A stretch of DNA of 62,186 nucleotides, filler included, from Rhabdomonas costata (Eukaryota), in assembly GCA_019059605.1 (NCBI GenBank). It is 32 parts of 32 records of this genome, joined end to end, with 100 filler letters (N's around TTAATTAATTAA, not from the genome) between each part and the next. Parts side by side here need not be neighbours in the genome. Positions count along the whole stretch, not along the records: positions 36,994 to 38,841 come from JAHMHO010008274.1; positions 38,942 to 40,787 come from JAHMHO010008275.1; positions 40,888 to 42,731 come from JAHMHO010008276.1; positions 42,832 to 44,677 come from JAHMHO010008277.1; positions 44,778 to 46,622 come from JAHMHO010008278.1; positions 46,723 to 48,568 come from JAHMHO010008279.1; 26 more parts are not named here. One strand, 5' to 3'. The notes under the pieces are model-generated. The model did no database searches. It worked only from the letters and a program-made list of their open reading frames with translations, and had not been told where the DNA came from. Position 1 is the stretch's first letter; every line of letters starts with the position of its first letter. The translations under genes were made by a program, and so were the position numbers. Positions 36,894 to 47,995 of this stretch are shown piece after piece.

Positions 36894-39239
36894 NNNNNNN
36901 NNNNNNNNNNNNNNNNNNNNNNNNNNNNNNNNNNNNNTTAATTAATTAANNNNNNNNNNNNNNNNNNNNNNNNNNNNNNNNNNNNNNNNNNNNGGGGGGG
37001 TTGGGTGAGATGGGATTGGACGGAATGGTAAATGAGAGATCGGACAGCTTTTCAGGGAAAGGCATGCGCAGCTCGTTCGATCTCTCATTTACCATTCCGT
37101 CCAATCCCATCTCACCCAATCCCCTTCCAAATTCCATCCCATCCCATGCCATCTGGAATCCCAGCCATCCGTAGAAATCCGAGGTTCAAGGTGGGCGGAC
37201 AAGGACACGGAAGTTACTTATTTGGAGGGGGGATGCCATATAGTGGCTGAGTTTATGGACCATGAGTGTACGGATTTCCGAACAGGCTCTTTTTCACTAC
37301 AAGGAGGTTCAGCCCTGGGTGGAACCCTCCCGGCCAAGGTACACCAGGGTGACCCTGTCCAGGCCCAGAGGGAACTTCGCCTCCACCTGTTTGTGAGGTA
37401 AAGAGCCGAGGAGTGACACCTCCAATACCCTTCTCTCCTAACGAGACTTGCCCCATGGACGGACTCGAGATTTCAGTAGTGTGCGTGCATGCGTGCGTGT
37501 TTACGTTGGGCGCATTGCGCGCTGGCTGTTGCCTGGTTGCCTGATTGCCTGGTTGGTTGGTTGCCTGTGATCACTGTGGACTGACTGGCGCACGCGCTGT
37601 TGGCCACGGGTGCTCGAGAGAGGTGCCGCTGGAGCGAACGGTGCCGTGGGGAACCAGCTCACCGCCGAACGTTCCACATTCGGTAACTCCCTTCTGCCCC
37701 ACGGGTCCCGGGCCATTGTCGTGCGGCTGCTCTTTTCCAGCGGCTGCCTGCATTGTTCCATTGCTGCTCAGGTCTCTGCGACTCCACACTCCAACCGTGG
37801 GGGCTGAGGCCTTTTTTCCCCGTGGGTACGACCCTTGGAGCTTTTCTTTCGGATGGGTTGAAGGGTAGCCCCGGTATCTACAGGCGTTGCCGTGCCACTT
37901 CGCCTGGGGATCGGGAATTGATTTGCCCAATTCCCGGTGGGATTTTTCCTTTGCCATCCCTCAAGTGCAGTTGCTTGGCACCAGTGGCGATCATGTTAAG
38001 CAAAAGCAAAGCACCGGCAACCCTTTGATGAACGCATGGGGCCGCGGAGCGCACCGGTGATCCTTAAAACTTGCCACGAGTGACCTGAAATCAATGAGAA
38101 ACGTGCACCAACCACAAACCAAATGCTTGACTTCAGACGGGTATCTCTGGTGTCCAGGACCCCCACCTTCCGAACACAAGCACTGCTGCCGAAAAGCTGC
38201 TTTTGGTGCGGATAAGCTATCCAACGGAGGTGGTGACTCCAGGGGGATGTCGCGGCGCTGGTGAGAACCTTCTCCTTCAGTACCTCCTGGGCGTGTTTAA
38301 TTCCCATGTCCCATCGCCATCACAGCTTGTTCGGCAAAAGTAACCAAGATCTGTTCTGTAGAGATCACCCTAAGGGCTATTCCTTGTTTTCTCCTTTCAA
38401 CCCCCAAGAGTGAGTGAGTGACCGAGACTACCAACAGTCCTCCCGTTTATGGCGCACAAGGTGGTGAACGCACAAGAAAACTGCACAGCCCGCCTGGACC
38501 CTGTGGAAGCCGACCCACGGCAGCCCAGTCCCCCCGTATCCGCTTCCGCATGCGACCACCACACTGTTACTTACTTGTGTCTCCTACGACTTTAACTGGG
38601 CGTATTTAGGGCAAAATTCAAACCCACCCGTCAGCACAGTTTAACGTTTGGCCACAGACTCCAGCCCGTGCCACAATCTTTAGAGTGCGTTTTCTATAGT
38701 GCACACACCCCACCTCGGCAAATAGCAAGCGAATTCACCTTTTTGGAGCATCAGCACAAGAACAACAAATCTTCACAAACGCAAAACCAAATGAAACTCA
38801 CGAACACGCAGACGCACGCACGCGGACCTCCTTCACTCGGANNNNNNNNNNNNNNNNNNNNNNNNNNNNNNNNNNNNNNNNNNNNTTAATTAATTAANNN
38901 NNNNNNNNNNNNNNNNNNNNNNNNNNNNNNNNNNNNNNNNNGGTGGGGGGTGTGGTTTTCCATTTGTAATGGCCCTTTTTCTACCTGGTTTGACTTTGAG
39001 TCACACTTTTGCTGCTGCAATTTATGCCGCTTTGAAAACTGCGCTGGCCCCTTAAACCTCTATTCTCTTGAGGACAACGGCGTTCAGCCCATCTTCCCAT
39101 CTTCCGCTGAGTGCTCCCCTGTGAATGCCTTAACAACCGCTTTGCCAAGAGGTAAACTGAGAGTTGTCGATAGGCCCGGGACCGGCTTCATCTTCTACAG
39201 ATGCTGGACACCCCCGGCATTGCCCTGTTGATCAGTTTG

Positions 39240-39975
39240 GCATCTCGAGTTTATTTTTTTCTTCTTCGGATTGTTCAGACCTGGCGAATGTTGGATGACA
39301 TCTCTGACGAGCGTGAGCTGGTTTCCAATATTCTATATCATTGCTATTTTCTATTTCTGCACCTTTGCTGGAATTGCTTTGATGGCGGCCTTGTTTTGAT
39401 TGCAACTTGTGGCTGTAGGACGAAACACAATCCACTTACCTCCAAAGTGCACCTTTGGCTCAGCCCTGACAGGACGCTGTTTACGACTCAATATCTCTGC
39501 CTTCGGTCTTCGGGACTCACCGGGCGAAGGAGACCTGGGATCGAGTTCAGAGGTGTACGCACCATGTGGTGTTCTCCAAACACCGAAGTACATCGGTGCC
39601 AGCTGTAACTATCCTGCTCCAAACATATGGAAGCGCGCCCACTGACCGTTTCCAACCACTCTGCCAGTGGCCAGACTGCCTCTCGACGGAACACATCCAG
39701 AATAATTTACCGTCGCATCCACCATCTTCCAAGAACACTTGATTTTTTGGTAGAGCCTTGTGCTCAAACACCCATCCAGATGATTCCTCAGCTGCGGCAG
39801 GAAAGATAGAGACCATCGGAGAGCGGTGAGCCGAGTGTCGGCGGAGAGGTGTGAGCCAGTACTTGAGGCAGCTGAAATGTATTGACAATAGGGCAAAAAC
39901 TGTTTGCATTTCTTGAACATTCCAATGCGTGTCATTTGATGCGAAATATTTGAAAACTGATTTGGTGGCCTTCAC
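39240..39975 (-). pseudogene. Possible decayed hAT-family transposase
   Basis: Across frameshifts, in the expected order: ATKSVFKYF, LSADTRLTALRWSLSFLPQL (cf. L..xTRW.S...L), SELDPR (cf. LLDPR), DIEYWK...HPTFAR (cf. WWK...FP.LA). Intronless and degenerate; weak recognition only. Confidence 0.3.
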
Positions 39976-41645
39976 GACGTCCGAAGCAGAGAAGCACAGA
40001 GCTAGAGAGCTTCACAGTTGCACTCGCATCGTCAGAATCGGAGATCTTGCACGGGTACGACACAGGAAGTGAAAGGGCAACTTCAGCGGCGGGAGCCGCG
40101 GACAAGTCCAGAAATCAGGAAGGCGGCGCGCCGCGCCGCGAGCTGGAAGACGCAAGTGACATCGACAACAAGCGGAATGAATCTGCTGCTGTGCTGTTGA
40201 GAGAACTTGGGCTGTGCACCTGGGTCCTCCACTTTGCTTTGTTCTTCCAGGGCGCTGTTACTGTCACATTTAGGGACATAAGGGAAGTGAAGAGAAACCA
40301 GGGAAGGGTTGAGGAGGGAAGAAGGTTGAAAAGAAAGAGTGGCAGGAGTCTTGTGCACACAGGCTTCATTTTTTATAAAATGGTGGCGAAGCGCCCCTTC
40401 CTCTTTTGCTCTGTCCCTCCATTGTTATTCTTCGCTCATCTTTCTGTCGTGAGCCCCTCCTATTCCATGGGAGTGTGTGTGATCTTGAGTTAAAAAAGCA
40501 AAGACGACAGGCAGTGGACCAAAAGGCACGAGGCCTTGACACGAACCACCACACAACTTCACCACCCCGACAACTCCCACACGTCGAGCCCTCCTCCCTT
40601 GAGAACCGTCTGAGAAAAGTTCTGCAAAGGACCCCAGGCCTGCTTCGGCTTCGCCCTCTACAAATGTTCCTTAATCAGTTGACAAAGCAGCCTCAGAAGA
40701 AAATTATTTGAATTAAATTCAAACAGTGGCATGCTCTGGTAATGGGAGCCAGAAGCGGGCAAATGGTAGCGAAGTGTGTGTTTGTGGNNNNNNNNNNNNN
40801 NNNNNNNNNNNNNNNNNNNNNNNNNNNNNNNTTAATTAATTAANNNNNNNNNNNNNNNNNNNNNNNNNNNNNNNNNNNNNNNNNNNNGTTGGTGTGTTCT
40901 TGGAATGTTGTATGTTTGCATGTCCCGCGTTCATGATTTGTCACCGCCTTGCCTCGTTTTGCGCTGTGCTTTTTCTTTCTCAACGCACTTGTGTACCGCG
41001 GTGCCTGTGAATATTCTGGCTTATAAGAGGGAAGGAGGGGGACAAAATCCCTGTGTCAATGTTGGTCTGTCAGCCTTCTGCAATTGCAGGAGCAGAGGGT
41101 TCTGGCGCAGTGGAGGAGGAATGCAGAAATCCTGCTGGGGCCTGCCTCACTCACGTGCTATTTTGAAATCTTGGGGCTGTGTGATGATTCCGCACCGAGT
41201 GAGCGGCAACCAACTTTCAGGAAGTCGCTTGTCATTGCCATTCAATGCAACTGCAATACAAGAGCCCATACCGGCAGACAAGTATACGTATGTTTCAACC
41301 ACACATACGACCTGACAGGAAGGTACTCCCTGAAATAAGACCCATTTGACACGCCTCGTTTTGCATAGAGTCGGTCCAGTCCTAATTTCGACGACGCTTC
41401 CCACAAAAACCGATGACACTGCAACGATCTCAAGCGATCCCATTGTCTTCTCCGCCGCGACTCACACCCACGGTCACCATCACAGCTTGGGAGGAGTTTA
41501 ACCCCCCCACACACCAAAGCCACTTTTCTCTTCGTCCTTTCGCGGAAGGGTTGGCCTTGCCCCCCCCACCTCACTCCAATAATACGGGAACCGACACAAA
41601 CATACACGCGTACACAAACGCAGTACGCACCCTTCCCCTGCCGCA

Positions 41646-42427
41646 ATGCTGCCTCGGCTGCACCTCTTTGAGATCCTCGACCTTCCGCAGTGCCCGGAGG
41701 CCTTCCGCCACCACGTCACCGCCACTCTGACAGAGATGTGGCAGGTTCTCGGCGCCCCTCCTCCTCCTGTGTCTCCCCGTTGCTGCTGTACCGCTGGGCC
41801 TCTCTGGGGGAAGTCAGCAAGCCAGCCTATCACAGGAAGAGTCGATGAAGAGCTTTTTGCTTTTTGCAGACTCCTCTGAGCTCTCTGCGTTGATCCAGGA
41901 GCGCTTCCTGTGCACTTCGTGAGCTGCACGAGCGGAGCTGCTGTCTTTTTTGCAGCCCTCAAATGCATCCCTCCTAGCGATGCGCAGACTCACGTTATCG
42001 CCCATCTCGTCCCTCTTGCGGTCCCTCTTGGTTTGCCTTGAATCTGCTCTGCCTCCAGAATTTCGTCGTCTCCATCGTAGGATGAACGTGGCGGGGAAAT
42101 GCCCTGTTGGAAAACAGGCAACATATCACACGCACCACGTCACACCAGTCCTGCAGATAAGTGTGTCTCTTCGTAACTGACTGTATTGCATCGAGCATCA
42201 ACCTGAGCTGCGCCCAAATAAAGGTGCTGCGGTACCACAACCAGCTGACCCCAATGCTGGAGGCTGTGGTGAGGCAAACGGGCTCCCGAGTCATCGTGGA
42301 CCTGGCCTCGGGCTCAGGGGGTCCACTGCCGGCGATCCAGCGCAGCCTGGCGCAGCGGGGGCTTCCGGTGAAAGTCATCCTAACGGACCTGGTGCCCGAC
42401 CTGGTGGCATATGAGTGGGAGAAGAAG
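41646..42427 (+). CDS. Class I SAM-dependent methyltransferase-like protein, first two exons
   Basis: Exons 41646-41744 and 42224-42427: MLPRLHLFEILDLPQCPEAFRHHVTATLTEMWQ|VLRYHNQLTPMLEAVVRQTGSRVIVDLASGSGGPLPAIQRSLAQRGLPVKVILTDLVP; motif I VDLxSGxGG and post-I LTD. Confidence 0.82.
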
Positions 42428-43111
42428 GTGTGCTGGTTGCCTATGGTCCTGGATCTTCGTCCAATCCAAGAAGGTCCAGTTTCGTGCGTGGGGTGACAAC
42501 CTGGAAACAACTCTAAGGCAGAGAGAGGACGAAGTGTCAAGCAAATAATCAAGTAGCGGTCGATTCGAGCATCCTGGTGCGGTTCTTTGGAGAAGACTTC
42601 CCGGTAGCTTGGCTTTGCTGAATGATAAGAGCGGGGGAGAGCTCTCAAACATGATTTCTGTTGTATCATATCACATCATGTGACGATATGACTAGTGGCA
42701 GTTCATGGTAAGGGTAGCGGGACATACACAANNNNNNNNNNNNNNNNNNNNNNNNNNNNNNNNNNNNNNNNNNNNTTAATTAATTAANNNNNNNNNNNNN
42801 NNNNNNNNNNNNNNNNNNNNNNNNNNNNNNNGGGGTTGTGGGAAATTCACGGCCTGGACAAGCAGAGTACAATCAGGTACATGGAAGGGATGAGGAAAGG
42901 GTTGTGGAGAGGTTGCGCGAAAGTGCGCAAGCAGAGATGATAGCAAACAAAAGTCAGGACAAGCAATCTCAGTCCGCAGGAAACAGAAACAGTGAATGGT
43001 GCACGAAGGGCCGGCCAAGACTCGGAAGAAAGGAGGGAGGAGGGGGAACGAAGGCATGCGCAGCGTGGGCGCAATAATGCCGTCGATTGACCTGGCAGCC
43101 CTCCTTGTCCT

Positions 43112-43934
43112 TTACACCAATGGGTACGAGCTGTCCGAGAGGATGCCGCAGGTCCCGCAAACCGTGATGTTGCCCACATCCCCATCGCACGCCGAGCCGT
43201 CCTTGGGGCGGATGTCCAGGCCACAACGTTTCTGCTCATGGAGGGTGCGGCGAAGGCGGATGTAGCCCTGCTCGCCCCATTTTGGGCTCCAACTGACACA
43301 AGAAAAAGGAAAGGTGATACATTGGGTGTTTTGGAAGGTGAAGAAGAACGGATTCTACAATGCGTCACTGAGAAAACCGGCTAAATGGAAAAAAGAAGGA
43401 CCGATGAAAAAGAAGATGTACGTGTTCACAAACCAGCCAACTTCGATGATACCCCAGCTAGGGACTCCAGGACAAATTTGCTGTGGAAAAAGAGCAAACG
43501 TGTAGCGTTAAACCTGTTGCGGACAATCCAGTAGGCGCCATCCTTGAAGTCAAACCCACAGCCCACCAGCTGAACCTGTTCAGAGAAAATCCGCGGAGTT
43601 GTGCACACGGGTATTGAAAGAGTAATGTGCCTTGGGCCTAGTCGCATCACCGTCAACCAGAATGGGTAAGGATACCTGCTCCTGGAATGCAACTTGCTAC
43701 GATCATCACTGCATACCGCATGGTTGATGATCGGGTTGACTTGGTCGCAGCCATCGAAGACCCCATCCTCGTAAAGGTGCCAGTTCGAGGCATCCACAGA
43801 GATCGAGATCGGCCCAACCTCCACAAGGGCCTTCAGCAGCGGCTTCACTTTGTTGGTGGGCAGGCGGACCACCCCAGAGACGGTCGCCACGACTTTAGTG
43901 GAAGTGTTGACGAAGTGGCATGCCTCGTTAACGC
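43112..43934 (-). CDS. Papain-family (C1A) cysteine peptidase, last three exons
   Basis: Exons 43934-43717, 43575-43514, 43292-43112: GPISISVDASNWHLYEDGVFDGC...INHA|VQLVGCG...YWIVRNS|WSPKWGEQGYIRLRR...CGILSDSSYPLV*; catalytic His and Asn motifs present. Confidence 0.95.
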
Positions 43935-44854
43935 CTGCCGACAAGATGAGATTCAAGAGTTGCATCTGGTAGAACAGAGCTTCGACCACCGTCCGATCAA
44001 ACCCCCCTGCGAAGGCTTTCCGCACGTTACGACACCTGCAGCTTCGGAAAAGACGCCACTAAACTTCCCAATGGGCCCGTCATAGCACATATATAAGCAC
44101 ATACTTTTTTTTACCACCCGCCTTTTCTTGCCTGAGGCTCCTGCCGCTTTTTCGAGTTTTTAGGGCCTTGCTGCAAAAAATCGCTGCGCGCCAGTCATTA
44201 CACCCTTGGCCAGTATCTGCATGCTTGAGGATGGGCTGCCCGTCTTGAAAACTTTTCCTGCCTCTTGGAATTTTTTTTCGCGCAGCGGTGTGGCTGGGGT
44301 GCACCCCAATGCCCGGAATAACCAAAGGTTCGTGTGTTGTGCATGGTGAAGAGAAGCCACGAACACAAACAAAAACTGGTTTTTGCTAGGTTAATTATAA
44401 ATGGCCAGGTAAAATATGCCAGCACCCTTGAAGTGACTTTATTTCTATCCGACCTAGACGATTGTTTTTGCTTTAAACCTGAAAATTATGCTGGCTATGG
44501 GCGGACAAGTAGGATAGCATTAATTTAGCGTGAAGGCCAGGTCCGCGCCGCAGCAGGAGCGAGCGACTGGGGGCGGGGACGTGACCTTGGGAGCCTTTGA
44601 ACTTTTTCCAAACATACGCCCATAGTAAAAATTGTTGCCGGTGGTACTGGACCAAACCCCCCAACCACACCCAACACNNNNNNNNNNNNNNNNNNNNNNN
44701 NNNNNNNNNNNNNNNNNNNNNTTAATTAATTAANNNNNNNNNNNNNNNNNNNNNNNNNNNNNNNNNNNNNNNNNNNNTGTGTTGGGTTGTTGGGGGAGGT
44801 AAGTAATTGGGAAAAGGGGTTACGTGCGGATGGGTGGATGGGTGGAGGGCTAAC

Positions 44855-45664
44855 CTGCATCACCATGTGGAAGAGCGCCTTGGTCGGGTGAGTCATGTAC
44901 ACGGGCCCCTTGTACTTAGTGTGCTGGGTGAAGTACGGTGTCGCCCCGCAGTGGTCCAGGTGGAAGTGCGTGACTAGAAGGAGGTCGATGGACTCCTGTT
45001 GGTACGGGTGAGAAGCACAGTGTAGAATCCAACCCTCATATGGTCACCACACACCGGGGCACACACAGATGCAATTAACAAAGGAGCAGAAACCACTTCA
45101 CCCAATCATCGGCGGCATGGCAAGCCCTTGGGGGGCAGGTGTGGGGAGCAACGGCAAATTATTCGCTTTGCGACATGGTTTGCCACATGACAAACATCAA
45201 CCGTAACATAATCTTCAATGCATTGCATCCCCACACAGTCCAGCATGCATTTACAACGGAAACGGAAATATGACCACCACTCCGGGGGTTCCAGAAAATC
45301 CGTCAAGCAGTGACTTCACTGCACCGTTGTCACACTCCAGTGCACACAGCGCAGCACTTTTCAGGGGATGAAGGGCCAACTGAGGGTCACCCCTTTCCTC
45401 TTTTTTCCGAGCAGCCCGCTGTGCACAAGGTACCGGGTCGATGTCGTCAAAGTAGGGCAAGGAGTCGAAGCCGGAGTGGGCGGGGTGCACCCCGCAGTCG
45501 AACATCACGGCCTTGCCCTTGTACCGCACCACCACGCAGCTGCGGCCCACCTCCTGCCCGCTGCCCAAGGGAATCACCTCCAGAAGCTCCTGCGGGGGGA
45601 CGGCCCCACCGGCGGTCCCCCCAGCTCCCCTCTCCGGGGCTGCCCCCAGCACATGCACGGACAT
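44855..45664 (-). CDS. CPSF3: Cleavage and polyadenylation specificity factor 73 kDa endonuclease, first two exons
   Basis: Exons 45664-45434 and 44995-44855: IPLGSGQEVGRSCVVVRYKGKAVMFDCGVHPAHSGFDSLPYFDDIDP|ESIDLLLVTHFHLDHCGATPYFTQHTKYKGPVYMTHPTKA; metallo-beta-lactamase HxHxDH motif; SLPYFD/IDLLL favours CPSF3 over INTS11. Confidence 0.93.
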
Positions 45665-45688
45665 CTCCGCGGCGTATGCTCAACGTAG

Positions 45689-45747
45689 CTGGCTGGGAGG
45701 GCGAGCGTTGTGTGGGAAGAAGAAAAACGAAAAAAAAAAAACGGGGG
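45689..45747 (-). promoter_or_regulatory. Polypyrimidine tract plus AG just upstream of the CPSF3 start codon; candidate spliced-leader trans-splice acceptor or 5' UTR intron acceptor
   Basis: Minus strand CCCCCGTTTTTTTTTTTCGTTTTTTCTTCTTCCC...CTCCCAGCCAG, ending about 25 nt before the ATG. Confidence 0.55.
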
Positions 45748-47055
45748 CAGGCTGTCTCCCAAAAAGGTGAGGAAAAAAGACGGATCGCGAACACGGTTTC
45801 TGGACACATATGCTCGAATTCTTGAGGAAAGAGCAGAAAAGATTGGGTTGCCTTTTTACAGTCAGTTCTTGTTGCAAGCTCACCTAATCTGTTCAAAGTC
45901 TAAGCCACCAGTTCACAACGTGAATCACCAAGCCACTGGTTTTGCAGGCTTTCCCGAAAAGCGGGGAAAGAGTGCAGAAGAGGCACCCCAAGGAGTGGGC
46001 TTCAAGGACGGGGGGGCATCATCTTCCGGTGTTCTTCTGGTGGCGGGCTAGTGTATTTTTTCTGGGAGGGGGCCGCCATCGTCCCCGCCTCAGCAGCCCT
46101 ACCTCCGGCCCTTAACTAATCCAATCCTTGTTGTTGGCAAAGTGCAGCAAGGAATAAGTTCTTTTCACGCATACGTACCGATGTAAAAGGCAACAGAAAT
46201 GTACTACACCACCCCATGACCGTATTACACCGTTATTATACAGTGTAACAGGGGTAGATTTTAATACTCTGTGGCGATAAATGGCATGCACACCTGCGTC
46301 TAGGTTGGCCGGGCCCACGTGGTTTAGTTGTGTCCTTCGTCGTCGCTACGTCGTCGCTACGTTTTACACCGTATAACAGCACCAGACCGTACAACCGCGT
46401 TATACGGTATACGGCGTCATACCCTTCGACGCCCCCCCCCCCAATAGCCCGACCGTTCCGGTGGTGTGCATTGTGTCGCACTTAAAAGAAACCTACTGTC
46501 GCTAACCAACGCATGTTACCGGATTTTTCACTCGATCGACATCCCAACTAATGTCGTCGTTACCACCATCGTTACCACTGGTTTCCATTGAATTCCCAAC
46601 AACACCAAACTCACCCAATACANNNNNNNNNNNNNNNNNNNNNNNNNNNNNNNNNNNNNNNNNNNNTTAATTAATTAANNNNNNNNNNNNNNNNNNNNNN
46701 NNNNNNNNNNNNNNNNNNNNNNGGGGGAAGTGGGGCCCACTATCCCCCCTCGGTTGCGGGACTCCTCAGCGTTAATTGGGTTAAGTTGGTAGAAACTAGC
46801 ATTTCAGAGAGGGGCCTCTCAGTAACTAACTTACTCCTGGGATTCTCAGGGACTAAATCAGGGCTGCACCGCCATCGGGTGCGATCCACCGCGATACCGC
46901 GATTTGGCCTCACCAGTTTCTCCTATTGTGCGTTTAAACAGTTTTTCGCATTTGAGCCTCCTGGTTCGCTTGACATTTCAGCGTTGCTGCCAATGTCAAT
47001 ACTCAAGCACCTCGGTTGCTTTCAGACACTGGTTTCTTTTTTTTCTGGTTCGGAA

Positions 47056-47363
47056 ATGGCTGGCTCCAGCGAGGAAGCCTACTTGAAAGAAGCAATGGTC
47101 TCAGAGCTGTTCGAGGAGATGCGAGGTGCACTTCTCAAGGAGCGTCCGCAGAACCCCAGCACGTTCCTGCACTCCTGGCTGGAAAAGAAGGAAAGCCCCT
47201 TTGAGGGTTCCGCCATTTTCGAACCTGCTCCCGCACCGATGCGAAGGCTGGGCTCCTTTTTGACAGCAATTCATTCGCATAATCAGAGCTTGGTCCGTCG
47301 TTGTTTGCTGATTGGGTGTGGCGCAGTTGGGATGGCTTGCGCTTACAGCAGCAGCATCGAAGG
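47056..47363 (+). CDS. First exon(s) of an RIIa/Dpy-30-like docking domain plus L-lactate dehydrogenase-like fusion
   Basis: MAGSSEEAYLKEAMVSELFEEMRGALLKERPQNPSTFLHSWLEKK (YL....V..L.......LL.ERP..P..FL...L) followed by RCLLIGCGAVGMACAYS (LDH GxGAVGMACA). A possible in-frame 60-nt intron at 47207-47266 would not break the fusion. Confidence 0.72.
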
Positions 47364-47769
47364 GTTTTGCTACGGCTTCGCTTTCTTTTTTCGCAATTAG
47401 TGACAGACAGAAAATCTTCAATTGCAGACGGCCAGGGGTGAAACGACTGGCGGTGGTGGGTCCCTCAAGCAAGCAAGCATTGTGCATTGCACAGATTTTT
47501 CAAGTAAAGCGCATCAAAGAACAACCATCCCTCCTTGCGCGCGCGTTTGAGTGGAAACTCGAGAGTAACCACCACTCTAAAAAAAAAAAAGAAAAGGAGA
47601 GAAATTCGGCTTGGTCGTGAAACTCGCCCATCCTGTCTAAGCACCTAGGATCTTGGACCGCTCCCCAAGACATCCAGGACCAGCAAAAACTGGCCATTAG
47701 TGTGGGGATGGCAGAGGTCACCTAACCCTGTTTCTAAGATAACGTTAGGAGGGGTCCTAACATCGACAC

Positions 47770-47995
47770 CTTCCTTGTTCTGTGTGACCCACGTGGTTCC
47801 TCTCTGAGGGCTCAGCAGGAAGTGAGACACCCCTGGGGTGCACAGCGCGACCTGGTGCGCCCCCAAAACCCCCAGGCCCAGGGAAAGCGGACGCAGGGCC
47901 TGAAGCCCACCCGCCACCCGCAGGCACACCAGCAGCACGGGCATTGTGGCCAAGGTGAAGAAGAAGTTCCAGTGCACCCCATACTCACTGTGGAC
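47770..47995 (-). CDS. GWT1: GPI inositol acyltransferase GWT1/PIG-W, internal exon
   Basis: CAG..GT bounded exon VHSEYGVHWNFFFTLATMP...FLLSPQRGTTWVTQNKEG; EYGVHWNFFFTL and N[RK]EG are diagnostic. Confidence 0.93.

Noticed and set aside
37990-38310. Zinc-knuckle-like CLCSEGGGPGHQRY suggesting a gag remnant
   Set aside because: Cys/His spacing does not fit CCHC, and there are no other retroelement motifs.
44180-44320. Faint similarity to 9020-9110 (TTGGG(G)TGCACC...TGGCC..GGGT.T.ATG)
   Set aside because: Blocks are too short and sparse to call homology by eye.
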